Positions 52,701 to 64,000 of a stretch of DNA of 64,000 bases are shown here, piece after piece. The stretch lies in the NCBI RefSeq assembly GCF_018977255.1, contig NW_024704743.1:59212001-59276000 (forward strand). Reading direction: 5' to 3'. The DNA is from Callorhinchus milii. Its lineage: Eukaryota. A model generated the notes under the pieces. It made no database searches. It saw only the letters and a list, made by a program, of their open reading frames with translations, and was not told the origin of the DNA. Each line of letters opens with the position of its first letter. Positions within the stretch are counted from its first letter, which is position 1. The position numbers and the translations under genes are program-made.

Positions 52701-53320
52701 AACATACTTGAAAGATACAAAGGCATATAGGTACAACCACCAAGAAGAAAGCAATTTTATTAACTATAAGCTAAAAAGCCACTGAATTCCCGATGAAACA
52801 AAAGCATGGAGTGGTATCTGTGAAGCGCTTTGAGACGTTGAGAAGAAGTGAAAAACGCTATATCAAATGCAAGGATTATTATTATCTACCACTGAGATTT
52901 ATTTATTAATTTCTGACAGGTTCCACAAGTGATGTTCCCATGCTCCCAGCATGACAAAGGGAATCATGTGGGTTCTGATTATTTGTGAATATAAATATCT
53001 CCAGAGAGTGGGCAGTCTGATTCAGTTACTGACAATGAGACCTCAGGGTCAAAACATTGTGCGTCACAAGTTTGTATCCATATTTACATATGCTGCGTTG
53101 TGTTTTCATGGAGCTTTGGAATTTATAGCCTGTTGAGTGGAATGAAAAATGTTGGGAACGAACATTAATTCTGGTGTGAAGTATATTTAAATCTCTTACA
53201 ATACCTGGAATCCAGTAACTGTATCAATGTTTCTTAGTAAGAAAAGAGTCGTTCGAAACAATGTGTTCCACTGCAATTGATAATATGAGATTGTTACATC
53301 TCTTCTCTCCTATCTCAAAG

Positions 53321-53389
53321 GGTCTAATAGGTCCTCAAGGAATAAGGGGTGAAGAAGGTGCACCAGGGAAAGGCTTTCCAGGTCTAAAG
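53321..53389 (+). CDS. COL28A1: Collagen exon, 69 nt (GLIGPQGIRGEEGAPGKGFPGLK), G1G
   Basis: Pyrimidine tract plus AAG, donor GTAAAG at 53390. Confidence 0.92.
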
Positions 53390-54555
53390 GTAAAGATGCA
53401 GCGACTTGAAAATAATAACTTTGAGCTCCTGTAATAACTTTGATTAATTGGTCAAGTGGAGTGCTACACTGAAAGTAGGGCAATCCCATTATTACGTGCC
53501 TTTCTAAAGGGCAAGCTTGCTTAAAATATGGGTGGCCTGTGGACCCGTGGTTATTGTAAATGTGGTACCCTTTGGACTTTTGGCATGGACCAGCTGACTT
53601 TCTACACATGCACACAGCCAGCAAGTCAACAGCAACTTTTCTTGCAAGCGTTTCCAGTGGTGGAACTTCACCTCATCAGGCTGCAAAATAAAGGACAGAC
53701 AGCATAGCTCACCAAAAAAATCATTGTCCAGTAAATTTATTTTAAAAAACTTTCTGTAAAACAGGACATCACATGTATAAAAAATTGTTCCATTTACAAA
53801 CTAAATATAGTTGATGTGAAAGGATACATCGTCCTAATTAGAAATCCAGAAGTTTCAAATAATAAATCTGTTGTTGACTTGGAAAAGAAAATTCTTCTGG
53901 ATTGTATACTCGGCCACGATGTGTGGGCCGTCAAACCAATCCTTCTGTTCTTCTCTGCCTATTTCTTCTTGAAATCTGTGATCATATTTCATAATTAGTT
54001 CTGTGTTTCCTAGTAAGAGGAGGATTGTTCAAAAGCAATGTATTCCACTCCAACTGATAATATGAGATGTGAAATTCTTTAATCTAGGATGATTTTTAAT
54101 CTATACATAAAAGTTATTAAACATACTTGGCCTGATTTGGATTACTCTAGTGGATAGGATAGTCTGATTGACAAACCATAGGATTTTTTTAGAATGTAAG
54201 AAATTTACATCACGGAGGAAAGCCATTCGGCCAACCATCTCTGTGCCGGCTCTTTGAAAGAATATTGATTGTGTGAACAGGACACGGCTCGTACTACAGC
54301 TTTTTACATTGTTTCACAGCTAGGTTGTAAGTTAGATCTGTTTAACGTATAAGGAACACTAGGGTATGTAATGTGCTAAGTGCTAAAAATAGCAATCCTT
54401 TAGTTATTTGCTTATAATGGGGTTGCCCATTTTAAACAAGTAACAAAGAGCTCACTAGATCAGCATGTGATAGACCACAGGATGGAACAACTTCCACTTC
54501 TTCATTAATTCACTTAACGTGTTTAGTAACTTTGCACATTGTTTTCCTGTTGTAG

Positions 54556-54624
54556 GGCGACCGAGGCTTCCCTGGGGTGAAAGGACCTCGAGGACCCTCT
54601 GGAATTGGGTTTAAAGGTGACGAG
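54556..54624 (+). CDS. COL28A1: Collagen exon, 69 nt (GDRGFPGVKGPRGPSGIGFKGDE), G1G
   Basis: TGTAG acceptor, donor GTGGGA at 54625 (weaker donor). Confidence 0.88.
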
Positions 54625-55004
54625 GTGGGAATAATTCATTCTTTAATACTTAAACTTTTTTTCACTTGTTATCTCATATAAGGTCTCTAAGTGCTTTAAT
54701 AAACAAAGCACATAGTATGCAGCACTTTCGGTCACCTCTCCCTGGCCCTGTGCCAGAGATGGCAGAGTTTTCCACTTGCTCCAGTCCAGGGGAAAGAGAG
54801 CTCAGCGGCTGTGTTAGTCTTTATACTCCCTAGGCTCTCCCTCCCCTCCCCCGTACAATCCAGGGCTCCTTTGGAGCGATTGTGTTTCCTAACAAACCCC
54901 ACATAAGCAGCCCACACACTGCTGGTTCCAAAGTCTATTATAATATCATCCTCTAAGATCTTTGAATAGTTCCTAAACTGTGCTGCTGTTCAATAGTTGA
55001 AAAA

Positions 55005-56365
55005 AACAACTGGAGTTTATATAGTGCCCTCCAGGCTGGACAGCGTCTCAGATCACTTAACAATGGTGGAACCCGAGGCCGAGCCGGGGGAGGGGGAAGA
55101 TAACCGTAGACGCGGTCGAAGAGGAAGGTCTTCAGGCACGATCTGAAGAAGGGGAAGGAGGGGGTGAGATGAACGTGTTGAGGGAGGGAGTTCCAAAGTT
55201 TCGGGGCATAGTGGCTGAAGGCACAGCTGCCGATGGTGGAGCGGAGGATTCGGGGGTCATTGGAGGAGGCCGGACCCAGTAGAGCAGAGGCAGCGGGTAC
55301 TGCTGTGGGGAGAGAGGAGGTTAGAGAGATAGGGACCTGCCAAGGAATGGAGGGATTTAAACACTAGAGTGAGGATCTTGAAGTCGATCCGCTCTGTAAC
55401 AGGGAGCCAGTGGAGTTTGGCAAGGACGGAGTAATCGGGGTACGAAGTTTGGTGCGGGTGAGAATATGAGTGGTGGAGTTTTGAATTAGATGAATTTTGT
55501 GAATAGTGGAGGAGGGGAGACCGGCGTTAAAGTAGTCCAGCCGAGAGGTGACAAAGGCATGGACAAGGGTATTGGCAACTTTTGGGGTGGAGACGGGCAA
55601 TGTGGTGGAGGTGGAAGAGGTGCTTGTCAGGGACTGGATGTGGGGGAGGAAGGATAACTAGGGATTGAACCTGATGTCTAAGTTACGCATGGGTTTGGAG
55701 AGTTTTAAGGACAAGTCGGGTTAGGTTGAGGAGGTCGGAATCGTGGGATAGAAGATGTCAACAGGAGAAAGAGTATGGCTCCTGTTCTTGTTGATGTTTA
55801 GCTGCAGGAAATTTGTGCTCATCCAGCTCCTTGATGTCCGATAATCAAACTGACAGAACATCAGGGGACTGGGGGTCGCAGTTGGAGGTGGAAAAGTAGA
55901 ATTGAGTGTCATCTGCATACTTGTGGAAGTTAATCCCGTATCTGTGGATGACATCACCGAGAGGAAGCATATAGATGAGAAACAGAAGGGGGCCAAGGAT
56001 AGATCCTCGGGATACCCCGCAAGTGGCCAGGTGGAAGCACGAAGAAAAGCCATTTGCAGAAAGGTAGTACTGGCGGTTTGTAAGGTAGGACTCGAGCCAA
56101 GCAAGTGCAGTAGATGTTGGAGGACAGGCGATGGAGGAGGATGGCTCGATCGACTGTGTCGAATATGGTGGAGAGGTCCAGGAGAACAAGGAGGTAGAGG
56201 GAGCCCTGGTCACAGATAGAGAAGATATCGTTTGTGACTTTCACAAGCGCTATCTCTGTACTGTTGTCAGGGCGGAAACCGGACTGGAGGGGTTTGAATA
56301 GGGTGTGGAGGGAGAGGTGTGCGCAAAGTTGGTTGGCAACAATGGTTCCAGAGCTTTGGCAAGGA
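55005..56365 (-). mobile_element. L2 LINE (diverged subfamily), RT pseudogene
   Basis: QSGFRPDNSTEIAL, LLDLSTIFDTVD, HKYADDTQFY and SRLDYFN motifs. Confidence 0.92.
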
Positions 56366-56763
56366 AAACATTTGCCCAAATACAGATGTTTTATAATACT
56401 ATACTTTTAAATTGTATACTCTGAGGAAATGGAATTCATCCCATATAGATCTGAAAGAATACTTAAGGATGAGGATGTAATGTAATTCTATTCCATTCTG
56501 TAATGTAAAATGTAATTATTCCATGTGCTTTATCAATAAAAAAACACTCATGACTATCACTTGTCATCTCCCAGTGACAAATCCCTCACACTGAGTGAAT
56601 GGTGCTGAGTAGCCCAGAGTTCAACAATAAATCGTTACATGGAGCAGAGAAAATCCAAATGATTTGGGGGATAAAATGGAGATTAAATATTCCTCCAAGT
56701 TCAGAAACAGAAAAATATTGTAAATAAAATGATTTTAAGCATTTTACATTCCATCTTTTTCAG

Positions 56764-56832
56764 GGAGGTTCTGGTCCTCCAGGAAGCCCAGGACCTAGGG
56801 GTGAGAACGGATTTGGTATTCAAGGAGAAAAG
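56764..56832 (+). CDS. COL28A1: Collagen exon, 69 nt (GGSGPPGSPGPRGENGFGIQGEK), G1G
   Basis: TTTTTCAG acceptor, donor GTAAAA at 56833. Confidence 0.92.
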
Positions 56833-58613
56833 GTAAAACAGAACCAACTAACTGCTTTGTCATTCACATTACCTTTGTTTTGGTTTGATCTGCGCCAGTA
56901 TCCCAATGCACTCTCTGGGGTTCTGTTGCCTCTTGCCAATCTGCACCTAACCTGTGGGGCCTCCAAGCATTGGTTCTTACCAAGCTGCTCCTAAACTCTC
57001 CAGAATTAGGTAAGCAGGGTGCACTACTGTCCATGTCAAGCAAAGGAAATTTCCATACATACGTGGAACTCTCACTAGGTTTCTCTGTGTGCCAGACACC
57101 TGGCTGACCCCCAAAAATAGTTTAATCAGCCATATAGGGCAAAGGGTGAGCATAGCACTGATTGAAAAGGCAAAGGATACCATGGGCAGTCGGATCAGGA
57201 AGCTGTGAAACTTGACTTTAAGCGGTTCAGTTTAGAGTTTTTGTGAAAAGGCAGATATCTTTAATTCACCAAGGAATCCAATTTTGTATTGATTGAAAAA
57301 CATCCAAGTGTTTGCCTCCAACAGTGATAATGGCTTAGAGATATCCATGATTTGGTGAACTGGGACCAAATGAAGTTCAGCCAGTCAAAATCAATTAGAG
57401 TCTACAGAAAGAACCTAAACATCAAACTTGCGGACCCACTTCACATTGTGTTGTCTGGAGAAAATGCAAGGAAATATGCACCATAGAAATTGATTAACGA
57501 GCAAGAGTTCCATTGGCAGGCAGACAGCTTCTCCTATGACTATTTCCATTGAATGGACATTATTTGCTGGCTGGTTAGTGTATGTTTTGACAGATGTTTA
57601 ATTTCCATCACAAAGTAGCATTATTAGATTGATAGAGTTGCCGCTACAGTAGTCATTACCAGTGCTGTATAGGAGCTGGTCAGAAAGCTTTGCAACAGTT
57701 CCTGATGCTGAGTGGCTCATCTTTTCCCCCATTGAGGAATTAGGGTAACCCTTTCTCAGTATTATTATCATACGATGGAAACATGTTCCGTGGCTGAATA
57801 AAAATGTGTTTGGTTAATGTTGCCAGATTTTTATCAGCAGATGCTCAGGAATATTACATTAATCATCAAATTGGACAAAATTATCTCTTATTAAATCAGA
57901 AAACATTTCTCATCAGTTTCACATTTGTCAAGGTTTTGAGTGAAAGTATAGACAATAAATCCTAATAGATTTCTTTGGAAGGAAGTTACCTGAATCAGTG
58001 AGGTAAGGTTAATCTCAAAATCATTGGTAATCCTGAAAAATTCAGTTTATTCCATGAATGGGGTTTAACAAACAGTGAAATACTGACTTGTGTCCATTCA
58101 CATGTTGAAGCATGTACACCATGTTACCATGTCCAGTGTATAATCCCACATACAGGCAGACCTCTGGTATAGCTCAGGTTCACTTTACAATGTGGTCACA
58201 CCATGGGCCCACAGTATACCGGAAGTTTGGAAGTTCAACACACAAGAGATTATGTCAGCATCATTTCCCACTCATATGCAGCTCAAGAGAAATGACATCA
58301 GCAGCATTTCCTGCATCCAGTGAACATGCAAACTGTGTTGGAAGTGACGTCAGCAGCAACCTAATGACTGAATATTGCTGACCGGTGGCCATTTTGATAG
58401 CAAGCCTCCATTAAAACGTGGTCTTCTGATATGGGGGAGGTGGGGATTGACCTGTAATTATCCATATCTGTAATTATTAGATTTTAGAATGTATTCACAA
58501 ACGCTTTATTCCCTTTTTATTTTTATTCCTGAAAAATGGTGGGTTCAGTGGCCCAAGATTAAAGGCTATGATTCTCTAAAGCATTTTTAAAGAGTCACAT
58601 GTTTATCTCATAG

Positions 58614-58682
58614 GGCAGCCAAGGTTCTATGGGACCAGTTGGTCGAAGAGGACCAAGATCATCTGGTATTCCTGGTCCAAAG
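58614..58682 (+). CDS. COL28A1: Collagen exon, 69 nt (GSQGSMGPVGRRGPRSSGIPGPK), G4G
   Basis: CATAG acceptor, donor GTAAAA at 58683. Confidence 0.92.
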
Positions 58683-60183
58683 GTAAAAACTCAATTATGT
58701 TCTGACATTCAATGGACTAGATCATCTGGAGTGCCAGAAGCACAAATGAATTATACATGGATAACAGTATAAACCTCCGTAATCCAGATGCTCAGATCCG
58801 TGTAATAAAGGTGTTACCGAGAAGTAAAATAATATTGATTAAAAAAGCCAGGAAAGTTACAGCAGTGTAATATATATGATATTTTTTAAAGCAAGATCAT
58901 CTTTACTCATTGACAATTTTTCTTCCTCACTTCCCAGAACCTGGGTTCGCCAAGAAAACACACAGTCACTACACATTACAGTATATCCTGTGAAGCTTTT
59001 TGAAACCTGCTCCCAATATGAAAGGCGTTATATCAAATGCAAGGATTATTATTATTGTTAGTAGTAGTATTAGCATTATTCCCCTTCCCACTGCCCTTTA
59101 CTTTCTCCTTCTGGCCTTGGAGAAAACTAGCCTCTCACTCCCTCTCAAACGCCCTTGAGGCTTCTGAACTCCTTCTCCTCTGATCCTCAACCTGAACACA
59201 TCTATTGAGAGGCTTAATAACTCCCTCCGCTTCACCCTCCTCACCTCCTTTTCTCCCGACATGAAAGGCGCTATACAAATGTAATTTATTGTTGTTGTTG
59301 TTCTCCCCCCTCCACCTCCCTTCCACCCTCCTATACACAACCTCTCCTCCCTGTATCCACACACCCGCCCTCCACAACTGTGATCTTGTCTCCCCCTCAT
59401 CCCTCGTACTGTTATCATGCAGATTTTATTTCGTTCAATTCCCACAGCATACCAATGTGCATCTTGGGGTTCACGATGCCTTGACTCCTGCCAACATACC
59501 CTTCTGTTCTCTGACCATAATTAACTGGAATTTAACTAGAGTTTCTTTGGACACAGACAAAGATTCTACACCCAGAACTAGCAAACAGAAACTCGTTTTG
59601 TGAGTTTTTCCGTAGCTGAAAATACAAAAGTGAATTAACTCAGTGTCTAGTGAAACAAAGCTGAAAATCTTCTCGCATGGATGGGAATAATGGTGGCTCC
59701 TGCTCCTCGCTTGAAATTGGGAAGGGGATGTTTACTCCCAAATCTCTTCTTAAAGGTGGATTTTAAGGACACTTTGTAGCTACAACTTCTGTCCTTATGA
59801 TTCTTATCACATTGCAAACTGCCTTTCATCCCTATAGTTCTGCTGCAACCACATTACTGGACATTTGCCTATAAGAAATACTGTCACTATATTTTACAGT
59901 AAATCCTGTGAAACATTTTGAGACATCCTCCGTGAAAGATGTTATATTAAAAAAATATATTATTTATGATTTATTTAAGACTATGAGCAATTCATCCCCA
60001 GCACTTTCTGGATATTTTTCAATCTATTTTTGTTTGAGTGCCTTGTTTGAGCGATAATGTGCAAATTGGCTGCAGGGTTGTCCTACAGTTGTTATACTCC
60101 AAAATCCTATGAAATAATCCTGTGAGAGGATCTTTCAACAGCATGATACAGAGCTATATGAAGTTTTCTTTATTGTTCTGTAT

Positions 60184-61279
60184 GTAATCTTAAAACTGAA
60201 AACAATCAAATTTCTGAAGTGCATTGTCATTTATTTATGGCCACTGGTCATGAAAAAGTACCTGACTGTTCAGCCCTTTGGGACATTCTCCCGTCGTGAA
60301 AGGCGTTTTACAAATGTAATTTTTTATTGTATTGTTAAACACACTAATTTATTAGATTATTTTCAAACTGTCTATTTTGCTTCTCACAATTGATTCTATT
60401 AGTTTTTTAGTCATTTACGTCAGGTTAATGGATCTGTAGTTGTAACGTATTATACCGTATAGTAAGTTTAGAGTAATCTAACAGACTAGCTATAGTATGG
60501 TTTAAAGTGAATCACACACAACTCAATAACTCTTCAACTAAAACAAATGTTCAATGTCTTTCTAAACCCAAGGGAGACAGAGGACCTGTTGGAGAAAAGG
60601 GAATTCAAGGAATAGGAGAAAGAGGATTTCCGGGGCCTAAAGTAAGTGTGGAATGACCTGCGTATACCTCATGGATGATTACTTCCCATTACCTTTTAAA
60701 AAATGATTTTATCAACAAAACCGAGAGCTATTGAAAACCCATGTGCTTTGAGAAAAAATAGTATGGAATATTTGACTAATCATTGCCATTCTGGTATCAG
60801 GCTAGCCCAGGTAATGGCACTCTCACTTCAGAGTCAGAAGGTTATGGGTTCAAACCCCAGGTTTGATGCCCACAGCCTGTACTTTATCGTATTCAGTAAA
60901 GCACTGCTTTGTCAGACGTACGTCTTTCAGATGAGATGCTCAATTGAGGTGCCATTTGCCTGTTCAGATTGGACATCAAAAATCACATGGCACCTGAACA
61001 GGCAAGAGAGTTACTTCCGATGTCCTCCAAATCAACAATCCTCCAAAGAAAATTTGACATTCACTTCATGGCTGTTTGAGCGATATTCTGCAAAATTGTT
61101 CACCTAGAAAACACAATTGTTACACTCTAAAATCCTGTGAAATAATTTGAGACATTTCAACAACATGATAAGAAATGTTTTAATTTTTTTATTGTTGTAG
61201 GCGTAATCTTAAAACTGAAAACAATCAAATTTCTGAAGTGCATTGTAATTTTTTTTATGGCCACTGCTCATGCAAAAGT
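60184..61279 (+). repeat. Direct repeat (60184-60259 and 61203-61279) flanking exon 60573-60641
   Basis: First 44 nt are identical (GTAATCTTAAAACTG...GCATTGT); looser similarity extends about 140 nt upstream into SINE tails. Confidence 0.9.
60573..60641 (+). CDS. COL28A1: Collagen exon, 69 nt (GDRGPVGEKGIQGIGERGFPGPK)
   Basis: AAG acceptor, donor GTAAGT at 60642. Confidence 0.9.
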
Positions 61280-62329
61280 TTTTGGCAAAGTGATTGGGGG
61301 TCAGATTTATGGTATTTGTCAATCAAATCTATTCCACATTGAAGGAACAGTGTCAGAATGTGTTTTGAAATCCCTTTCCACTTGCAACCACCAGGTCTCT
61401 CTTGGCTTATTGAGGGGACTTTAATCTGAATCAGATTTATTCAGGCTAGTATCTCACGAATTGGAAAGGTAGTTTTTGGGACTTGAAAATTATCCCTCCT
61501 GAGTCAAGATAACACCACTCAGGTCTTTTCAGCTGGGTTTGGCCACCACTTTTATTCAGAAATCATCAGGAAGCTTCAGAAGATATTTTTATATCATTCC
61601 TTATATAAATTACTGGATATATTTGGGAGTAGTGCAATTTTGACCTCATTATTTGGGGGGCAGGAATAGAGCCATTTTAAGTCAGTGGCTTGTGATACAT
61701 TTCAATTCATCATATATTGGTAAATAGATGGAGAAATTTCATGAAGACTCCTTCTCTTCTGTTTACAGGTTCCATTTATACTCCTGTTAAGCATAACATT
61801 TTGTAAAAGCTAATATGCCCTTTGTTGAAATCTGTAGAAGTTTGTCTCTTTTATGTATAATATGAAGTGAAATTTATTTGAAGTTTACAGCCTTAGAGTC
61901 CAGGCCTCCAATTCTCACTCTTTCGAATGTTAATCTCTGGTAGTAACTAGACTCCATTCATTGTAAATATCATAATCTTAAACTCTTTAATTAGACTCTA
62001 AACTGTTAAACTGTTCAAAATATAAGGCATTCTTCCAAATAAACAACTTTTTGTTCCATGAGGTACTTTATAGTGTTTCTTTTTAACTTGAATCTTTGAG
62101 GAAGTTATATTGTAGATGATCCAGAGTAAGCTTGAAACAATACTTCAGCAATAATGTCTTATTCCGTAATGTGAGATGTAATCTATCATATTGATATATT
62201 ACATATATTATATATCATATATATATATATAAAAGTCTATATGATGTATGAATATAAACATACGGTTTTGTATAGCTGGCTCCCAACTTTCTCAGATGTA
62301 TTTTTGTCCTCTTTACTTGTCTCTGACCA

Positions 62330-62720
62330 AATCCGACACTACACGGGAAAGCCTCACCCATGTCTGTCACCTCCAGACTAGACTTCTCATCATCGTTTTT
62401 GTTGGCCTCTCCTGCTCTATCTTCCACATCCTCCAGCAGCTACTTCTGTCCTGTACCAAGCTCCAGGATCCCATCACCCCTAAGCTTGCCGCCTCCACTA
62501 GCTCCCTATCCCCCACTTAATGAACATTAAATATCCTTGTCCTCACATTCCTCTGTAGTCTCTTGTGATCCTATTCTCACTCAATGCATCCATTACCAAC
62601 TCTGGCCTCTTATGTCTCCCAGTTGCTCTGCATCACAATTGGCAGGCGAGCTGGCAACCATTCTCTGCAATTCTTCCCAAATCCCTAAAATTGCTAGCCT
62701 AGAACAGCTTTGGTTCCTTT
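62330..62720 (+). mobile_element. Old L2 3' fragment
   Basis: Degenerate 'gtcacctccagactagac...cccatcacccc' L2 motifs. Confidence 0.6.
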
Positions 62721-63137
62721 TTCAGTGTGTTTGAATGCTGTGTAGATGATGCTGCACCCTAGTCACTTTGAGGCAAGAGAAATGGCAGCTCCAGTCACCA
62801 ACACAGACCAGGAAAGAGCAGTTTTCAGATGTGTTTTCGGACACATGTCCCCCTGCCGAAGCCCTCAGCACAGGTGCACAATCTGCTGTGTGAACCTCTT
62901 TAAGATGTCCTCCTGACATGAAAGGCATTTAAATTGATGTAAATAGTTGTTTTTTCCTGTATTCAGTACATGGTTCAAGCTTCCAAAAGTATTTTCGCTT
63001 TCACTGTTTTTGATAAATATAAATTTCACATTAACTTTGCAGAGTCTAAGTGGTGCAGTCATTTCTGGTTTATAATATGTACATGCCTGAAATTAAAGCC
63101 AGTTTCAAATTGTGTCCTTACTTACTTTGCTCTTTAG

Positions 63138-63209
63138 GGTGACTCAGGACTGAAGGGACCAGAAGGATTTCCAGGCAAGCCAGGCAATACAGGAAAAGTG
63201 GGATCAAAG
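63138..63209 (+). CDS. COL28A1: Collagen exon, 72 nt (GDSGLKGPEGFPGKPGNTGKVGSK)
   Basis: TCTTTAG acceptor, donor GTACAG at 63210; eight perfect triplets. Confidence 0.92.
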
Positions 63210-64000
63210 GTACAGTGAACGTTTATACTCTTCCCCTCTTCACCCCCCCATATCTTCCTCTCCTTTGAGTGAAGGTGATGTCTCATGCTATGGCATAGTT
63301 CCCCGAGTGCAGGCAGCTCTCTGGTACATCTCTTAGAGAGGTCCCACCACCATGCCTCATCTTGTTGATGCGCCTATTCAACAAATGTTTTCTAGTAGAA
63401 TTCGGAGGATACTGATCATAAGATCACAAGTTTGGTTTCGATGAAGAAGGTCCTTCAGTCCATCCGATGTCATCCTTCATTATTGTCCTCCCATCACAGT
63501 ATTGAGCTATTTTTTAAAATGAGTCCAGGGTCCTGGCCTCTCCCACCATTCCTGGCAAACTGTTCCCATCGTTAATTACACTGTGGATAAAGAAACACTT
63601 CCCAGTATCTGTCCTGAAATTGTGCTTTGCAACTCTAAATCTATGTCCTCTTGTTCTACTGCTTTGGAACACCCTAAAGCACAAACCAAGGATCAAATCG
63701 GAAATATTTGTGGTTTGTGTATCTCAGTACCACAGAGATTTGTTAATTTAGTGGCTAATCATTCAGGAAGTTCTAAAACAGATTACTTCACAAGGTCACA
63801 GGACCTTGAGAGGAGAGAGTTATTTTCGGGTTGCTTGATTTCATGATTCCAGAATTCATACACTACCATTTCAGCATTGTTTGAAAAGAAAAGGGAGTTT
63901 CTCCTGGTGTCCTGGACAACAATCCCTCAAATAAAATTGGTGATGCACTTCACAGCTGTTTGTGAGGCACAACTGTGCATAAATTGGCTGCCACAATTGC

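Larger units (their letters stand above)
547..63209 (+). other. COL28A1: Collagen type XXVIII alpha-like gene, partial (17 internal exons; 5' and 3' ends outside the window)
   Basis: VWA exon followed by a CxxxxxCxCEKG linker and 14 phase-0 Gly-X-Y exons, all with AG/GT sites and joining in one open frame. Exon order, sizes and periodic G1G/G4G imperfections match collagen XXVIII architecture as recalled. Orthology versus a paralog is not resolved. Confidence 0.85.

Noticed and set aside
22892..53320. Hidden extra collagen exons or a nested gene in the 13-kb and 15.6-kb introns
   Set aside because: I found no further Gly-X-Y exon with splice sites beyond 36093 and 37678, and the exon series is already colinear with collagen XXVIII. 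The short ORFs there are repeat-derived or featureless.

Overview
Vertebrate genomic DNA, most likely a cartilaginous fish. This is inferred from the repeat landscape of L2 and CR1 LINEs plus Deu-domain and tRNA-derived SINEs; the species cannot be fixed from sequence alone. The whole window lies inside one + strand gene, a collagen XXVIII (COL28A1-like) gene. I traced 17 consecutive GT-AG exons (1475 coding nt, about 2.3% of the window): the N-terminal VWA exon (547-1115, MIDAS DSSES), a 21-nt micro-exon, a Cys-rich linker exon and 14 phase-0 Gly-X-Y exons. Seven of these are successive 69-nt exons that each carry one helix imperfection. The gene begins upstream and continues downstream of the window. 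The introns are packed with decayed transposons, none with an intact ORF. I found no evidence of a new enzymatic or defence system. The most interesting unexplained structures are (i) a 1.47-kb inverted duplication flanking an apparently inverted 1.8-kb segment (40802-45573), (ii) an internally deleted LTR element with intact termini, PPT and CTTC target-site duplication next to an exon (6720-7963), (iii) apparent G1G/G4G changes in the collagen imperfections, and (iv) direct and inverted repeats bracketing individual in-frame collagen exons. Comparisons with human COL28A1 and with repeat consensus sequences are from memory and need database confirmation.
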